IMG/VR virus record: IMGVR_UViG_3300032305_002766 | Location: 1 to 64,000 of that record | From: a virus | Taxonomy: Duplodnaviria > Caudoviricetes | DNA: 64,000 nucleotides | Direction: 5' to 3' (one strand) | In this document: positions 29,634 to 39,186 of the stretch, one piece after another | Numbering within the stretch: the first letter of the stretch is position 1 | Layout: each line of letters opens with the position of its first letter | Translations under genes and position numbers: made by a program | The notes under the pieces: model-generated | What the model was told of the DNA's origin: nothing | Database searches by the model: none | The model's input: only the letters and a program-made list of their open reading frames with translations

Positions 29634-31202
29634 TTACAATATCCAGCTAATATCTTCAGATCCATGATCTGTTTTTATATTATAGGGATTTGGAATATTA
29701 TTTCTGTTATAAGCACCAACATACGTACTCTTACTCATGCTTCCAAGCATAGCTCGAGTTAAATCATGGGATTGTTGTTGGAATTTTAGTGATGTATCTC
29801 TTAAAAACATTCCTATACCAAAAGCCATCACTAAGTCATCATTGTAACCAGTTTGTGCTTCAGGTCTACCGTTTTTCCAAACGAATACTTTCATTTCTTC
29901 TAATAATCGTTTCGAACGGATTGTTACTGAATGATCACCAACATACTCTCTAAATTTGTTTATAACAAGAGGTCTTGTTCTTAGGGACATTGTAAAACCA
30001 GGTGTCATTTCCGAACCACCTTCAAATACTCGTAAATAGGATTCAGCTGTTAATTGGTCAGATTTTGGTGAATGGTATAAATTTCTATATCCCCTTTCAA
30101 TAATAGCATCTAATGTAGCCCAACCAATTGAGGCATTTTCAACTACTAGCATTGCATTATTGTATTCGGAAGCTAAACCAACTAAGAAATAACCATATTC
30201 TTTAGGCGGTAATTGACCTCGATATTCAGCAACTTGTGTATTTGTTGCAATATCAATTACATGACATGCCGAAGAGTCTTTTCCATCTCCACGAGCAACG
30301 TCTGCCAATATCATGTATTCACGTGTGTAGTCTGCAGGTTCCCACACCCATAGATTTTGATCGACTCCTCTACGCTCAATTGGGTCTTTAATTGTTGTTT
30401 CTTTTATAAAATCAATCCATTCAGGATAAAATACAACATCCCCTGAGGTACTAAAGTCACAATCACATTCTTGGGCTGCTAATCTAGGATCACCTAATAA
30501 TTCATCTTGTCGTTTCCTCCAGGCTTCATCTCGTTCAGGGTGGACGTACCATGGAAGTTTAATTGGTAAGAAATCGTTTTCTGCATTTTCAGCAGAAACC
30601 CATGTTTTATGAAACCAGTTACCGGTACCGTAAGGGGTTGATAATACTATCGCTCCACCACCTGTTGCTAAGGTTTGTTGTGCTGATGCCCAAATCTCAC
30701 CAATTTGTTCAATAAATGCGGCCTCATCCACTATCAATAAAGATACTGCTTCTGATCGACCTGCATCACTACTTGCTGAAGTAGCTTTGATTTGGGACCC
30801 ATTACTTAATCGTAATGATAATTTATTATTTTCCTCTGCTTGTATTTTTAACCAGGAAGGTAAGTTATCAAACATAAACTTAACCTTTGTAACCATGTTA
30901 CGAGCGGTTTCCTGTTTAGTTGCAATACAAAGTACATTTTTATCTTTATGGAATAACATTAACCACAAGGAATAACCTGCTGCTAATGTTGATATACCTA
31001 ATTGTCTAGATTTTAATACAACTGAATATGGATTGTCTCTAAATAAACGTAATGTTTTTTCCTGGAAGGGATAAAGGTTAAATAAGACTCTACCTCTTTG
31101 AGGATGTTGGATGTGGCAATACTTTTTCATAAAGTGAGCCGGATCTTGGGCACACTTTAAGTATTCCTCACGTATTATTTGTTTTAAATCAGGTTGACTC
31201 AT
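29634..31202 (-). CDS. gp17: Terminase large subunit, T4 gp17-like
   Basis: KSRQLG Walker A, IVDEAAF Walker B, STPYG, DVARG...D, NDDLVMA nuclease motifs. Confidence 0.95.
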   Translation of the reverse strand: MSQPDLKQIIREEYLKCAQDPAHFMKKYCHIQHPQRGRVLFNLYPFQEKTLRLFRDNPYSVVLKSRQLGISTLAAGYSLWLMLFHKDKNVLCIATKQETARNMVTKVKFMFDNLPSWLKIQAEENNKLSLRLSNGSQIKATSASSDAGRSEAVSLLIVDEAAFIEQIGEIWASAQQTLATGGGAIVLSTPYGTGNWFHKTWVSAENAENDFLPIKLPWYVHPERDEAWRKRQDELLGDPRLAAQECDCDFSTSGDVVFYPEWIDFIKETTIKDPIERRGVDQNLWVWEPADYTREYMILADVARGDGKDSSACHVIDIATNTQVAEYRGQLPPKEYGYFLVGLASEYNNAMLVVENASIGWATLDAIIERGYRNLYHSPKSDQLTAESYLRVFEGGSEMTPGFTMSLRTRPLVINKFREYVGDHSVTIRSKRLLEEMKVFVWKNGRPEAQTGYNDDLVMAFGIGMFLRDTSLKFQQQSHDLTRAMLGSMSKSTYVGAYNRNNIPNPYNIKTDHGSEDISWIL

Positions 31203-31203
31203 G

Positions 31204-31632
31204 TTATTTAACTACTACCAATGTAAAAACAGCAAGTAGAGAAGTTACGAATCCTCCACCTAACCATTTAATTCCTTTCTTTAGGTTATTATTTTTATTG
31301 GTAAGGTCAGTTACATCTTTTTCTAGCCCTTTAATTACAGTATCTTGTACCGTAACAATCTTTTCATAGTCTGCTACTTGTTTAAGATAATTTTTTTCTT
31401 TAGCTATATAAATACTGATTGTACTATCTTTGGCGTCAATTTTTTCATTTAACTGCCATACCATTTTATTTATAACTTTTAATTCAGCAATAGCAGAATC
31501 ACCTCGTGTAAGATCAATTGCAATTGATCGTGCTTTATCGTGAGAAAAACAAATTTTATCTGTAACGGTCTGAGAAAAACTGTTCGAGCTCAGTATTAGA
31601 AGCACTAGTAAGATCTTTAATTTTATTGCCAT
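31204..31632 (-). CDS. Signal peptide + coiled coil + C-terminal TM protein (spanin-like partner)
   Basis: KILLVLLILSSNSFS-Q signal; WLGGGFVTSLLAVFTLVVVK tail; overlaps the preceding TM gene. Confidence 0.45.
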   Translation of the reverse strand: MAIKLKILLVLLILSSNSFSQTVTDKICFSHDKARSIAIDLTRGDSAIAELKVINKMVWQLNEKIDAKDSTISIYIAKEKNYLKQVADYEKIVTVQDTVIKGLEKDVTDLTNKNNNLKKGIKWLGGGFVTSLLAVFTLVVVK

Positions 31633-31927
31633 AATATGTGCGTGTTGTTTGTAGCTCTTGTTCTGTGTGTTTAATTTCTATATTTAATGAATCAACAATA
31701 TGATTTTGTTGGTCAAGGTTTTTATTTAAAATTTTTTGACCTTCTTTTAATAAAAAAATATTGTTTTTTAAACGTTCAATTTCTTTTTTTTCTTTAGAGT
31801 ATTTGTCTACTGTAGAAGTTGTAGGTTTAAAATAAGTTAAAAGTATTAAACACAATAAAAGTATCCCACCTATAATAAGACGGGATAACTTTATTTTAAA
31901 TATTTTATCTTTAATCATATTACCCAA
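31556..31927 (-). CDS. N-terminal TM + coiled-coil protein (i-spanin-like)
   Basis: LIIGGILLLCLILLTYF followed by heptad-rich region. Confidence 0.45.
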   Translation of the reverse strand: MGNMIKDKIFKIKLSRLIIGGILLLCLILLTYFKPTTSTVDKYSKEKKEIERLKNNIFLLKEGQKILNKNLDQQNHIVDSLNIEIKHTEQELQTTRTYYGNKIKDLTSASNTELEQFFSDRYR

Positions 31928-32483
31928 TTACACCTGATACTAGTGAATCTAAACTAGCACCTTTAGCTTTAAATAAATCTTTTACTTCTTGCTTGTTAAT
32001 AAGACTTTTTAATACTTTTAAATCATCAGATTTAACTCTTTCTGACTTAGGCATGTCTTTTAACTTATTAACTTTAGCTGTAATGCCTTTTTTTAATTTA
32101 TCGTATCTTTCTTCTTCAGCTGAAGTAAGTTTTTTAGCATGTTTAGAATTTTTACCTAATTCTTTTTCTGCTTTTTTCAAATCAGCAGCTGTTGGTTCTT
32201 TATCATCGTCATCATCTTCTCCTTCAGGAAGTAAATCAGCTGGGATTGGTTGTTTGGATTGGATGGCTTTATTGATTTTGGCTTGTCTAGCTTTAGAAGC
32301 ATTTAAAGATGCAATTGCTGCTTTTTTATTTTCGATATCAGTTGTTTGAGTAACTTTAAGGGTTAAGTCTTTTACTGTATCATCAATTGCTGTTTTAGCT
32401 GCTGTGTTTGCAGCCATATCTTGAGGGGTTAATTCTGCTAGGATAGCTTCGCGAATATATTCTTTTAATTCAGATTTTTTCAT
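31920..32483 (-). CDS. Putative internal head protein with MKKSELKEYIREAILAE leader
   Basis: K/E-rich; leader shared with other ORFs. Confidence 0.5.
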   Translation of the reverse strand: MKKSELKEYIREAILAELTPQDMAANTAAKTAIDDTVKDLTLKVTQTTDIENKKAAIASLNASKARQAKINKAIQSKQPIPADLLPEGEDDDDDKEPTAADLKKAEKELGKNSKHAKKLTSAEEERYDKLKKGITAKVNKLKDMPKSERVKSDDLKVLKSLINKQEVKDLFKAKGASLDSLVSGVIG

Positions 32484-32505
32484 TTTAGAATTTTGATCAT
32501 AAATA

Positions 32506-33036
32506 TTATAAGGAAAGGGTTTCTTTCACTTGTTTCATGCGTTCTTCAGTTGAACCTTTAATTTCAATGAAATTTTTAATTTTATGATTATATTTTCGCA
32601 ACAATGTTTTAATTTCAGTATCAATCTTTTTTCTATATTCTAAATCAGTTGTACGAATACCATTATCTTCTACTTCAACACCTTCAGGAGAAACATAAAA
32701 TAAATAATCATATTCCTGGATAAGGTGGTTTGCAAAATTAGAAAAATCTTCTGCTTGAATGTGACTAATTGATGTAGCTGATAGAGCAAAAGCCATAACA
32801 TCAATTACTGTACGATCAGTAATAATATTTTCCTGCATCAATTCACTAGCACGTTCTGCTAGAAAAATAGTTTGACCTTTAACCGTTGAGTCTGTATTCA
32901 ATGGGATACCTAATTCCATTAAATACTTAGAACGCTCTGTTCTAAATGTATAATTCTTAAATTCAGGTAATTTTTTCAATGCTTTTACAAGCGTTGTTTT
33001 ACCTACTGACATTGTTCCGCAAAAACCTATCTTCAT
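32506..33036 (-). CDS. P-loop NTPase/kinase (AAA_28 / NadR-kinase-like)
   Basis: GFCGTMSVGKTT, ITDRTVID, YDYLFY. Confidence 0.75.
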   Translation of the reverse strand: MKIGFCGTMSVGKTTLVKALKKLPEFKNYTFRTERSKYLMELGIPLNTDSTVKGQTIFLAERASELMQENIITDRTVIDVMAFALSATSISHIQAEDFSNFANHLIQEYDYLFYVSPEGVEVEDNGIRTTDLEYRKKIDTEIKTLLRKYNHKIKNFIEIKGSTEERMKQVKETLSL

Positions 33037-33037
33037 A

Positions 33038-33310
33038 TTAAAATCGTGTTGTTCCTTTCATTGATGAATTCTTATACCAAGGTAATCCTTCTCTACTTTT
33101 AAGAGTTTCTTTATATAATTTCTCAGTATATTTAATCCCATTAAGATAGTATTCTTTTTTCAATTTACAATCTTTATCAACAGGTTCAATTGCTGGACCA
33201 TCCCAATTGTGGAGTTTCCAACTTGATTCTCCAAGTAATTTAATGAAATGATGTTTAGCACCATTCATTTTCATTACTTTTAAGTCATATAGTTTTTCTT
33301 TAGTTTCCAT
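33038..33310 (-). CDS. Hypothetical protein with LHNWDGPA motif
   Basis: 90 aa; KLHNWDGPA...EYYLNG. Confidence 0.55.
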   Translation of the reverse strand: METKEKLYDLKVMKMNGAKHHFIKLLGESSWKLHNWDGPAIEPVDKDCKLKKEYYLNGIKYTEKLYKETLKSREGLPWYKNSSMKGTTRF

Positions 33311-33314
33311 ATTG

Positions 33315-33346
33315 TAAATGTAATAAAAATATTTTAAATATCCTAA
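33315..33346 (-). promoter_or_regulatory. Class A promoter TTAG-N20-TACATTTA, 4 nt before ATG 33310
   Basis: Same 20-nt spacer. Confidence 0.6.
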
Positions 33347-34660
33347 TTATTTTAATAAATCTTCAGCAACATAAATTGCTTGAGCTCCGGATACTGTAAT
33401 ACCACGTGCACTTAAAGCATCACCTACGAAATGTACGTTAGGATAATCGATTAGACTAAGGTTACTATAATCTACTTTTACCTCAGGTGATAGATATTTT
33501 ACTTCAGGAATATACATTCCCCAATCATCACCCAATGTTGGGAATACTTTCTTCATATCCTCGATAAAATCTTCTATGTATTGAAAATATCCTCTAAAAG
33601 CTTCTCTTACCTCAAATAATAAATCAGAATCAACCATATGATATGATGATACTAAAGTTCCTTCAGATGTAGTAGATGGTTTACGTGAAGGGGAGTAATA
33701 TAATCCTGTATTATGGAGTTGACATTTATTGACAACTTCTCTTGACCATTCAAATGGATCTTCAATACCATTAATTTCCATTAAAATACCAAAGTTAGTC
33801 ATATTGTTTCTATATGCTTCATCTTTTTTAGCGTGCCCATTGTAACTGTGATCTCCATATGTTTCCTCTACAGCAACATATGCTGCATTATTGTTTGTAC
33901 AGAACGAACGTAATGAAACACCTTTATCTTCAAACTTTTTATATAACTTAAAGTCATATGAAATATCGATTAATTTTTGGAAGTGTTCTTGTGGTGCTTC
34001 AAATCTAACACCAATTTGTACTGATTTAGGTTCATCTGGAAGTTTATATGATTGGGCTAATTGTTGGGCAAAGTCAATACCTGATTTACCTACAGCAAAG
34101 ATAAGTTCATTATAATCTAATTGGAATCCTAATTCACTATTTAAAATATCACACGATATATGATTATTTTTAAAGTTAATAGATGTTACTTTAGTTTCCC
34201 ATCTAAAGTTTACACCTTTAGATACTAAATAATCATACCAGTTTTTAGCAATTTCAGATAAATAATCTGTACCTACGTGCCATACTGGGAATAATCGTAA
34301 ACCGAAATATGGTTTAATAAATTCAGGTTCCTCAACAGGATTTGAACATTGTACTTCTTCAGGTTTAGGGTGAAAACGTTTAAAGTTGGTAATGACTTGA
34401 TCCATCAATTCCATTGCTTTATCCTCACCTGTGTATTTAGATAATTGACCTCCAATTGCTGTGTGGTAAGTCAATTTCCCATCAGACCAACCTCCAGCAC
34501 CAAGAAAACCTATCATTACCTCTTCAGGTAAACGTTGGTATGGATCTTTACCCATATCAATTATTGTGATGAATTCTCCAGGGTATCCATTATCCACTAA
34601 TTTTGTTGCAGCATTAACACCGGCAACACCCGCTCCTACAATTACAATTTTTTTATCCAT
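33347..34660 (-). CDS. FAD-dependent oxidoreductase
   Basis: VIVGAGVAG Rossmann motif, GAGGWSDGK, HFVGD...RGI. Confidence 0.85.
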   Translation of the reverse strand: MDKKIVIVGAGVAGVNAATKLVDNGYPGEFITIIDMGKDPYQRLPEEVMIGFLGAGGWSDGKLTYHTAIGGQLSKYTGEDKAMELMDQVITNFKRFHPKPEEVQCSNPVEEPEFIKPYFGLRLFPVWHVGTDYLSEIAKNWYDYLVSKGVNFRWETKVTSINFKNNHISCDILNSELGFQLDYNELIFAVGKSGIDFAQQLAQSYKLPDEPKSVQIGVRFEAPQEHFQKLIDISYDFKLYKKFEDKGVSLRSFCTNNNAAYVAVEETYGDHSYNGHAKKDEAYRNNMTNFGILMEINGIEDPFEWSREVVNKCQLHNTGLYYSPSRKPSTTSEGTLVSSYHMVDSDLLFEVREAFRGYFQYIEDFIEDMKKVFPTLGDDWGMYIPEVKYLSPEVKVDYSNLSLIDYPNVHFVGDALSARGITVSGAQAIYVAEDLLK

Positions 34661-34677
34661 ATTTATATTTTAACGTT

Positions 34678-34709
34678 TAAATATACGAAAAAAAAGCTGT
34701 GGCTCCAAA
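34678..34709 (-). promoter_or_regulatory. Class A promoter TTTG-N20-TATATTTA upstream of the FAD oxidoreductase
   Basis: Same 20-nt spacer; overlaps the terminator hairpin. Confidence 0.65.
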
Positions 34710-34725
34710 TTAATGGGCCACAGCT
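34688..34725 (-). terminator. Intrinsic terminator closing the cargo block
   Basis: agctgtggc(t)cca / tgggccacagct stem with U8 tract on the minus strand. Confidence 0.85.
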
Positions 34726-34770
34726 CCTAAAATTTTTTAAAAATCGACAGGCTATGAATCTGTCTGTATG

Positions 34771-35244
34771 TTATAATTTTTTAATATATTGTACTCTATC
34801 TCCACGTCCAAAAAGATAATGATCATCAACTAATCCTAACCAAAAGTCATATGAAGTAGTTTTACCAGAATTATCTTTAACTCCATTTTCAATAGCTTTA
34901 TCTAACATATCTTGGGTAAGATTTACTACATATTCATCACCTCCTGAACCATTATCAATAGTAAATCCTATTTCATATTTTCCAGGGATTATATCTTCAA
35001 TGTATGAATTTCTTAAATCTTGATTTTCATTAAGAGATTGGATTTTTTCTTTAGCTTGGGAATAATTAAGAGTAACTTTTGTTCCTCTTTTTTTAGAAAT
35101 TAATTTAATTACATATCCATTATCTGAGAAAACTCGATGTGGTTCTCCCATATACATTACTTCCTCACCTACTTCAAACATATTTTCAGTTAAAACACGT
35201 TTAATTTCTTCTTTAAGAAGAGCTTTAAATTCAGATTTTTTCAC
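34771..35244 (-). CDS. Two-module putative internal head protein
   Basis: Leader MKKSEFKALLKEEIKRVLTE; SH3-like module; second module after SLNE. Confidence 0.5.
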   Translation of the reverse strand: MKKSEFKALLKEEIKRVLTENMFEVGEEVMYMGEPHRVFSDNGYVIKLISKKRGTKVTLNYSQAKEKIQSLNENQDLRNSYIEDIIPGKYEIGFTIDNGSGGDEYVVNLTQDMLDKAIENGVKDNSGKTTSYDFWLGLVDDHYLFGRGDRVQYIKKL

Positions 35245-35507
35245 GATTTATATATTTTTAATCTTAAGTTTCCTGTTCCTTTAATAACACGATGCCATTC
35301 GTGTCTTGGTATAAATATACGTTCTTTTAAGGAGGTAGGCAAATTATTATCTAATTGAAGTTGCCAATCTGTATCTTCCAAGATTTCAACTATTCTATCC
35401 TCATCATCACGATGCCAAAGTAATTCTATTGGATCTATATTTTCGGTAAATTCACGAATAATATATTTGTCAGTAACTTCTATGTCGTTGTAGGGTTTAC
35501 TCATCAT
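35241..35507 (-). CDS. Small cupin-fold protein
   Basis: WHRD...FIPRHEWHRVIKG; start reassigned to MMSKPY at 35507. Confidence 0.6.
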   Translation of the reverse strand: MMSKPYNDIEVTDKYIIREFTENIDPIELLWHRDDEDRIVEILEDTDWQLQLDNNLPTSLKERIFIPRHEWHRVIKGTGNLRLKIYKS

Positions 35508-36156
35508 AGTTAAATTTAGTAGCATTAGCTGCAGTCCATCTATCTTGATTTTCACATATCCATGTTTTAGTAGAAAATCTAAAATATGGAGTTTTTAAAT
35601 CCGTTGAAGATGTTTGTGATTGATGCTTCCAAAGTATACGATTATTTGGTTGAGCAGCAAATTGTCCATTATCTAATTTAATTATATTAAATGATTTATG
35701 TTCATTTGGTGTCTCAGCCCATGATATATCTAATTCATTTGGTTCTGAAGAGCAGGAGTCTATTGTAAAAAGATAATAACCAGGGGCTTTACTTTTATCT
35801 TTCATGATGACTTCACATCTTGCATTTCTTAATCTTTGTTTTTTAATAACAGTTATATTATATGAAAAACAATCCCATAATTGTAACCAATCTAAAGGAT
35901 ATAGTTTATCTTCATTTATATCTGTTTTCCAAACATATGCATGTAAAGGTAATTTATCATATAAAGCACCATAATCATGAATAAGTGATTCAAAGTATAA
36001 TGCTTGATTTGGTATTGATTTAGTTGATATCCAATGAGCTGATTCAAATTCTCCTTTTCCAAGAAATTTATTATTTTTATCTAACTCAAAGTCATATAAA
36101 AATTCTTTTTTTATAAAAACCTCAATTGGGGGGAGATTAGCTACTAAATAACTCAT
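35497..36156 (-). CDS. Conserved phage hypothetical protein
   Basis: 219-aa ORF, YLVANLPP...GALYDKLPLHA...LDNGQFAAQPNNR. Confidence 0.6.
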   Translation of the reverse strand: MSYLVANLPPIEVFIKKEFLYDFELDKNNKFLGKGEFESAHWISTKSIPNQALYFESLIHDYGALYDKLPLHAYVWKTDINEDKLYPLDWLQLWDCFSYNITVIKKQRLRNARCEVIMKDKSKAPGYYLFTIDSCSSEPNELDISWAETPNEHKSFNIIKLDNGQFAAQPNNRILWKHQSQTSSTDLKTPYFRFSTKTWICENQDRWTAANATKFNYDE

Positions 36157-36488
36157 TTTTTATCTCTAATTAATAATTCACCTAGTACTTCTAAACGACC
36201 CACTTCTCTTTGAAATTCAATTGGTGTCATATTCAAAGATATTTTTTTTAATGTTTTTTCAAATTCTTTTTTAGATGCTTCTTCATCAAATTTACCTTCA
36301 GTAGCTTTTTTATAGTATGGAGCTTTAACTTTAAAATGATGCCAAGTTAAAAGTGCTAAACCGCCTTTTTCTTCAGCGTTTGCTGCTATTTTAGCCGCAC
36401 CTTCACCACGTTTTTTAGCAAATTCTTCAAAAGTTTCTTTTGCTTCTTTTAATAGTTCAAGTAAATTTATCATTTTGTTTTTCCCCAT
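36153..36488 (-). CDS. Putative internal head protein (likely start MINLLELLKE)
   Basis: K/E-rich with LKE leader. Confidence 0.5.
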   Translation of the reverse strand: MGKNKMINLLELLKEAKETFEEFAKKRGEGAAKIAANAEEKGGLALLTWHHFKVKAPYYKKATEGKFDEEASKKEFEKTLKKISLNMTPIEFQREVGRLEVLGELLIRDKK

Positions 36489-36901
36489 TTTTTACCTTTT
36501 CCAGGTGTTTTACATTGTGATGCTGTAGGGCGGCATGAAGGATATTTAGCACGTTTTTCGCCTTTTTGACGACCACAAGATTTATATCCTACTATTTTAC
36601 CATCTTTTCTAATAGGAGAATTACAATCTACCCAACCTCCTGTTTTACCAGGTGCTCCTTGACGTTTGAACCATTTACGTAAAGATTCATCTTCTTTTAT
36701 TATAGTAGAAATGGTTTCTCTTAATTGACTTTCTTTAACGCTTTTCCAAATTTCTCCTTTACGACATCTAACTACAGCTCCTGATTTGTAAGCTGAAGGT
36801 TTGTCAAATTTACGATCAGCAATACGTAAACATCTGTCTCGTTTAACCTTCTTTTCTTGAAGGACCTCACTAATAATTTTTTTCAATTTATCCATCACCA
36901 A
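36470..36901 (-). CDS. Basic Cys-containing two-module protein (SAYKSG module + SLRKWF module)
   Basis: Modules follow LQE and IKE sites. Confidence 0.5.
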   Translation of the reverse strand: MVMDKLKKIISEVLQEKKVKRDRCLRIADRKFDKPSAYKSGAVVRCRKGEIWKSVKESQLRETISTIIKEDESLRKWFKRQGAPGKTGGWVDCNSPIRKDGKIVGYKSCGRQKGEKRAKYPSCRPTASQCKTPGKGKKWGKTK

Positions 36902-37590
36902 AATCCTGAAAATGAAGATTTTAATCCAAGTAATTTAGCATATCTAGGTAATCTACAGCTCCAGTATGAAGCTTTAGTTCTATCTGTTTTTTGAGAACAT
37001 TTATGGCGTTTAGCAAATGCTGCTCTTGCTTTTGGATTATTAATTTTAGCAGACATACCTGCTTGACCAAATGATACTTTTTTAATTCGTTTAGTTTTAG
37101 GATTACGAACATAAACATAAAACTTTTTAGAACCCCCACGCATTGGTTTTCCAATTGGTGGGTTTTTCTTTTTAGGTTTTGATTTAGCTTCGTCTAATTC
37201 CTCTTCAATTTCTTCAAAAATATAATCTAATGGAACTTTTTTATTTTCATAAATAGCAAATTCACCTAAATTAGTTTCAGTTAAAATCTCTAAATCATCA
37301 CCTGTAAAGTTTAAAATACCTCTAGAGTATAATGATCTTGCTTCTGCCCATAAATTAAAATAACTTTGGGATCCAGCACGATAAACATGTTCAGTAAGTG
37401 GTTTTTTATTATCTAAATGATATTTTAATCCTTCAGATAGTATTTCACGTGGAGCTAAACTTTCATTTAAAACAATTGGAGCTTTAGTTTTTCCACATTT
37501 GTCTCCACATCCGCAACCACAATCTGTGGTTTTAGATTCTAATACTTCTCTAATTAATTGGTGTAAGTTTTCCATATTATCTAAGTACAA
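36895..37590 (-). CDS. Modular protein with basic C-terminal KKVSFG...RHxC...YWSC domain (likely start 37575)
   Basis: MENLHQLIREVLE leader; LNE and LDE junctions. Confidence 0.5.
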   Translation of the reverse strand: MYLDNMENLHQLIREVLESKTTDCGCGCGDKCGKTKAPIVLNESLAPREILSEGLKYHLDNKKPLTEHVYRAGSQSYFNLWAEARSLYSRGILNFTGDDLEILTETNLGEFAIYENKKVPLDYIFEEIEEELDEAKSKPKKKNPPIGKPMRGGSKKFYVYVRNPKTKRIKKVSFGQAGMSAKINNPKARAAFAKRHKCSQKTDRTKASYWSCRLPRYAKLLGLKSSFSGFW

Positions 37591-38689
37591 TTTGGGGATT
37601 TGTATTATCCCATTTATATCCTAAAGTAGGTGCTTTAACTACAGTATCAATATACCCTGCATTTACTACTTCAGAAAGTTTATCAACATCTATTAATACA
37701 TAATCACCACTTGATGAATTAAGCATTAAAAAAGAATCTACGTTATTTTTAGAAGCATAAGAAGCAGCATTTAATTCTAGGATTTTTTTCTTCATATCCT
37801 CTAAATTTTGAAAATCTGCAGGACCATTAAAGAATTTACTAGCTAATCCTTGATTAAAATATATTTGATCAAGAATTTTTTGAATATATGAAATTACTTC
37901 TTCGGATTTATACCCGTTTTTAGTTGCTCTTTCATATATATCTTTTAAAGCATAGTTGATATTTCCATTGCTAGGTTCAGAAAGAAATTCTTCTAATTCT
38001 TCTCCATCTAAAAATTTATCTCCTATAATTTCTAAGTAATTAGTAGAACTACCTCTACCACCTTGTTGACCAAATCTACCACCTGTTCCTTTAACCTCAA
38101 GGTTTTTACCATTGAAATTTAAGTCACCACCACCGCTTCTATTATCAACATCTTTAAAAACTAATGCTAAAAATACTTCGGCTTTACCGATAGAAGAACC
38201 ACTTGCATCTAGGCCTGGTTCTATGTTAATAAGATCTTTTACTAGTTGGTCTGAGAGTCCAGTTACTTGAGCTAGATTACCTTTATCACTTGCTCCTTCA
38301 AGGGATTTAGGTTTTTTAAGGTAATCTATAAGTTCTTTAGTTTCGGTATCTGTTAATTTATCTAAGATATATTCTAAAGACGATTCTTTTGTTTTAAAAC
38401 TTTCAGGAGTATATCCTTTTTGATTTAAATATGATTTTAATTCACCTCTAGATCCCGAACCGGAAATGCTTTTAAACAGCTTTTTAAGGGTTTCATCGGG
38501 GATATCGGATGATTTTATTAAATCGATGAGTTTATTTTTTAAATCTTCTTCTTCGGGGTTTTCATCGGCCTCTAATATATTGTTAACCATTTCAAATAAC
38601 ATTTTTTTATCCTCAGGGCTACCCATATCAGGATATCCTTTAGGAAATTTATAAGCTACATTATTTATGATTCTATCAAAAACGTTCAT
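37577..38689 (-). CDS. Protein with C-terminal PD-(D/E)XK-like nuclease motif
   Basis: GKAE...GGGD...NLEVKG arrangement. Confidence 0.45.
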   Translation of the reverse strand: MNVFDRIINNVAYKFPKGYPDMGSPEDKKMLFEMVNNILEADENPEEEDLKNKLIDLIKSSDIPDETLKKLFKSISGSGSRGELKSYLNQKGYTPESFKTKESSLEYILDKLTDTETKELIDYLKKPKSLEGASDKGNLAQVTGLSDQLVKDLINIEPGLDASGSSIGKAEVFLALVFKDVDNRSGGGDLNFNGKNLEVKGTGGRFGQQGGRGSSTNYLEIIGDKFLDGEELEEFLSEPSNGNINYALKDIYERATKNGYKSEEVISYIQKILDQIYFNQGLASKFFNGPADFQNLEDMKKKILELNAASYASKNNVDSFLMLNSSSGDYVLIDVDKLSEVVNAGYIDTVVKAPTLGYKWDNTNPQIVLR

Positions 38690-39168
38690 TATGCTGGGGT
38701 TTCTTCTGCTGGTGTTTCTTCTTCCTCTGGTGGGGTTGTTTCCTCACCTGCTGCTGCTTCTTCACCTTCAACTTTTGGTTCTTCTTGAATACCATATGCT
38801 AATAATCGAGAGATAGCTTCGGCAGCGGATTGTTCTTCACCAAGATTTAATAAATAATATTTTTTACCTTCTACTTGTGCAATCCAACTTCGTTCGGTAT
38901 AAATTAACATAAAATTTTCCATATTGCCTAATACAATACGAAAAGTTGTTGGACGAGGAGCTACCCATTGTATATCAGTCATGAATACCTCATACTGATT
39001 TGTAAGTAGATCAATAATGACTTTTTTAAGTTGTGGAAATTTTCCTAATACAGGAAATTTATCGGCATCAAGAGATATTTCTTCTCCTTTATCAATATCA
39101 ACTTGTTTTTCAGCATATGATTGCTTAACAATTGATTTAATTTTATCTCTTAATTCACTTTTATTCAT
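38689..39168 (-). CDS. Putative internal head protein (MNKSELRDKIKSIVKQSYAE leader)
   Basis: Shared leader motif, acidic tail. Confidence 0.5.
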   Translation of the reverse strand: MNKSELRDKIKSIVKQSYAEKQVDIDKGEEISLDADKFPVLGKFPQLKKVIIDLLTNQYEVFMTDIQWVAPRPTTFRIVLGNMENFMLIYTERSWIAQVEGKKYYLLNLGEEQSAAEAISRLLAYGIQEEPKVEGEEAAAGEETTPPEEEETPAEETPA

Positions 39169-39186
39169 TATTCAGACTTTAACTTT

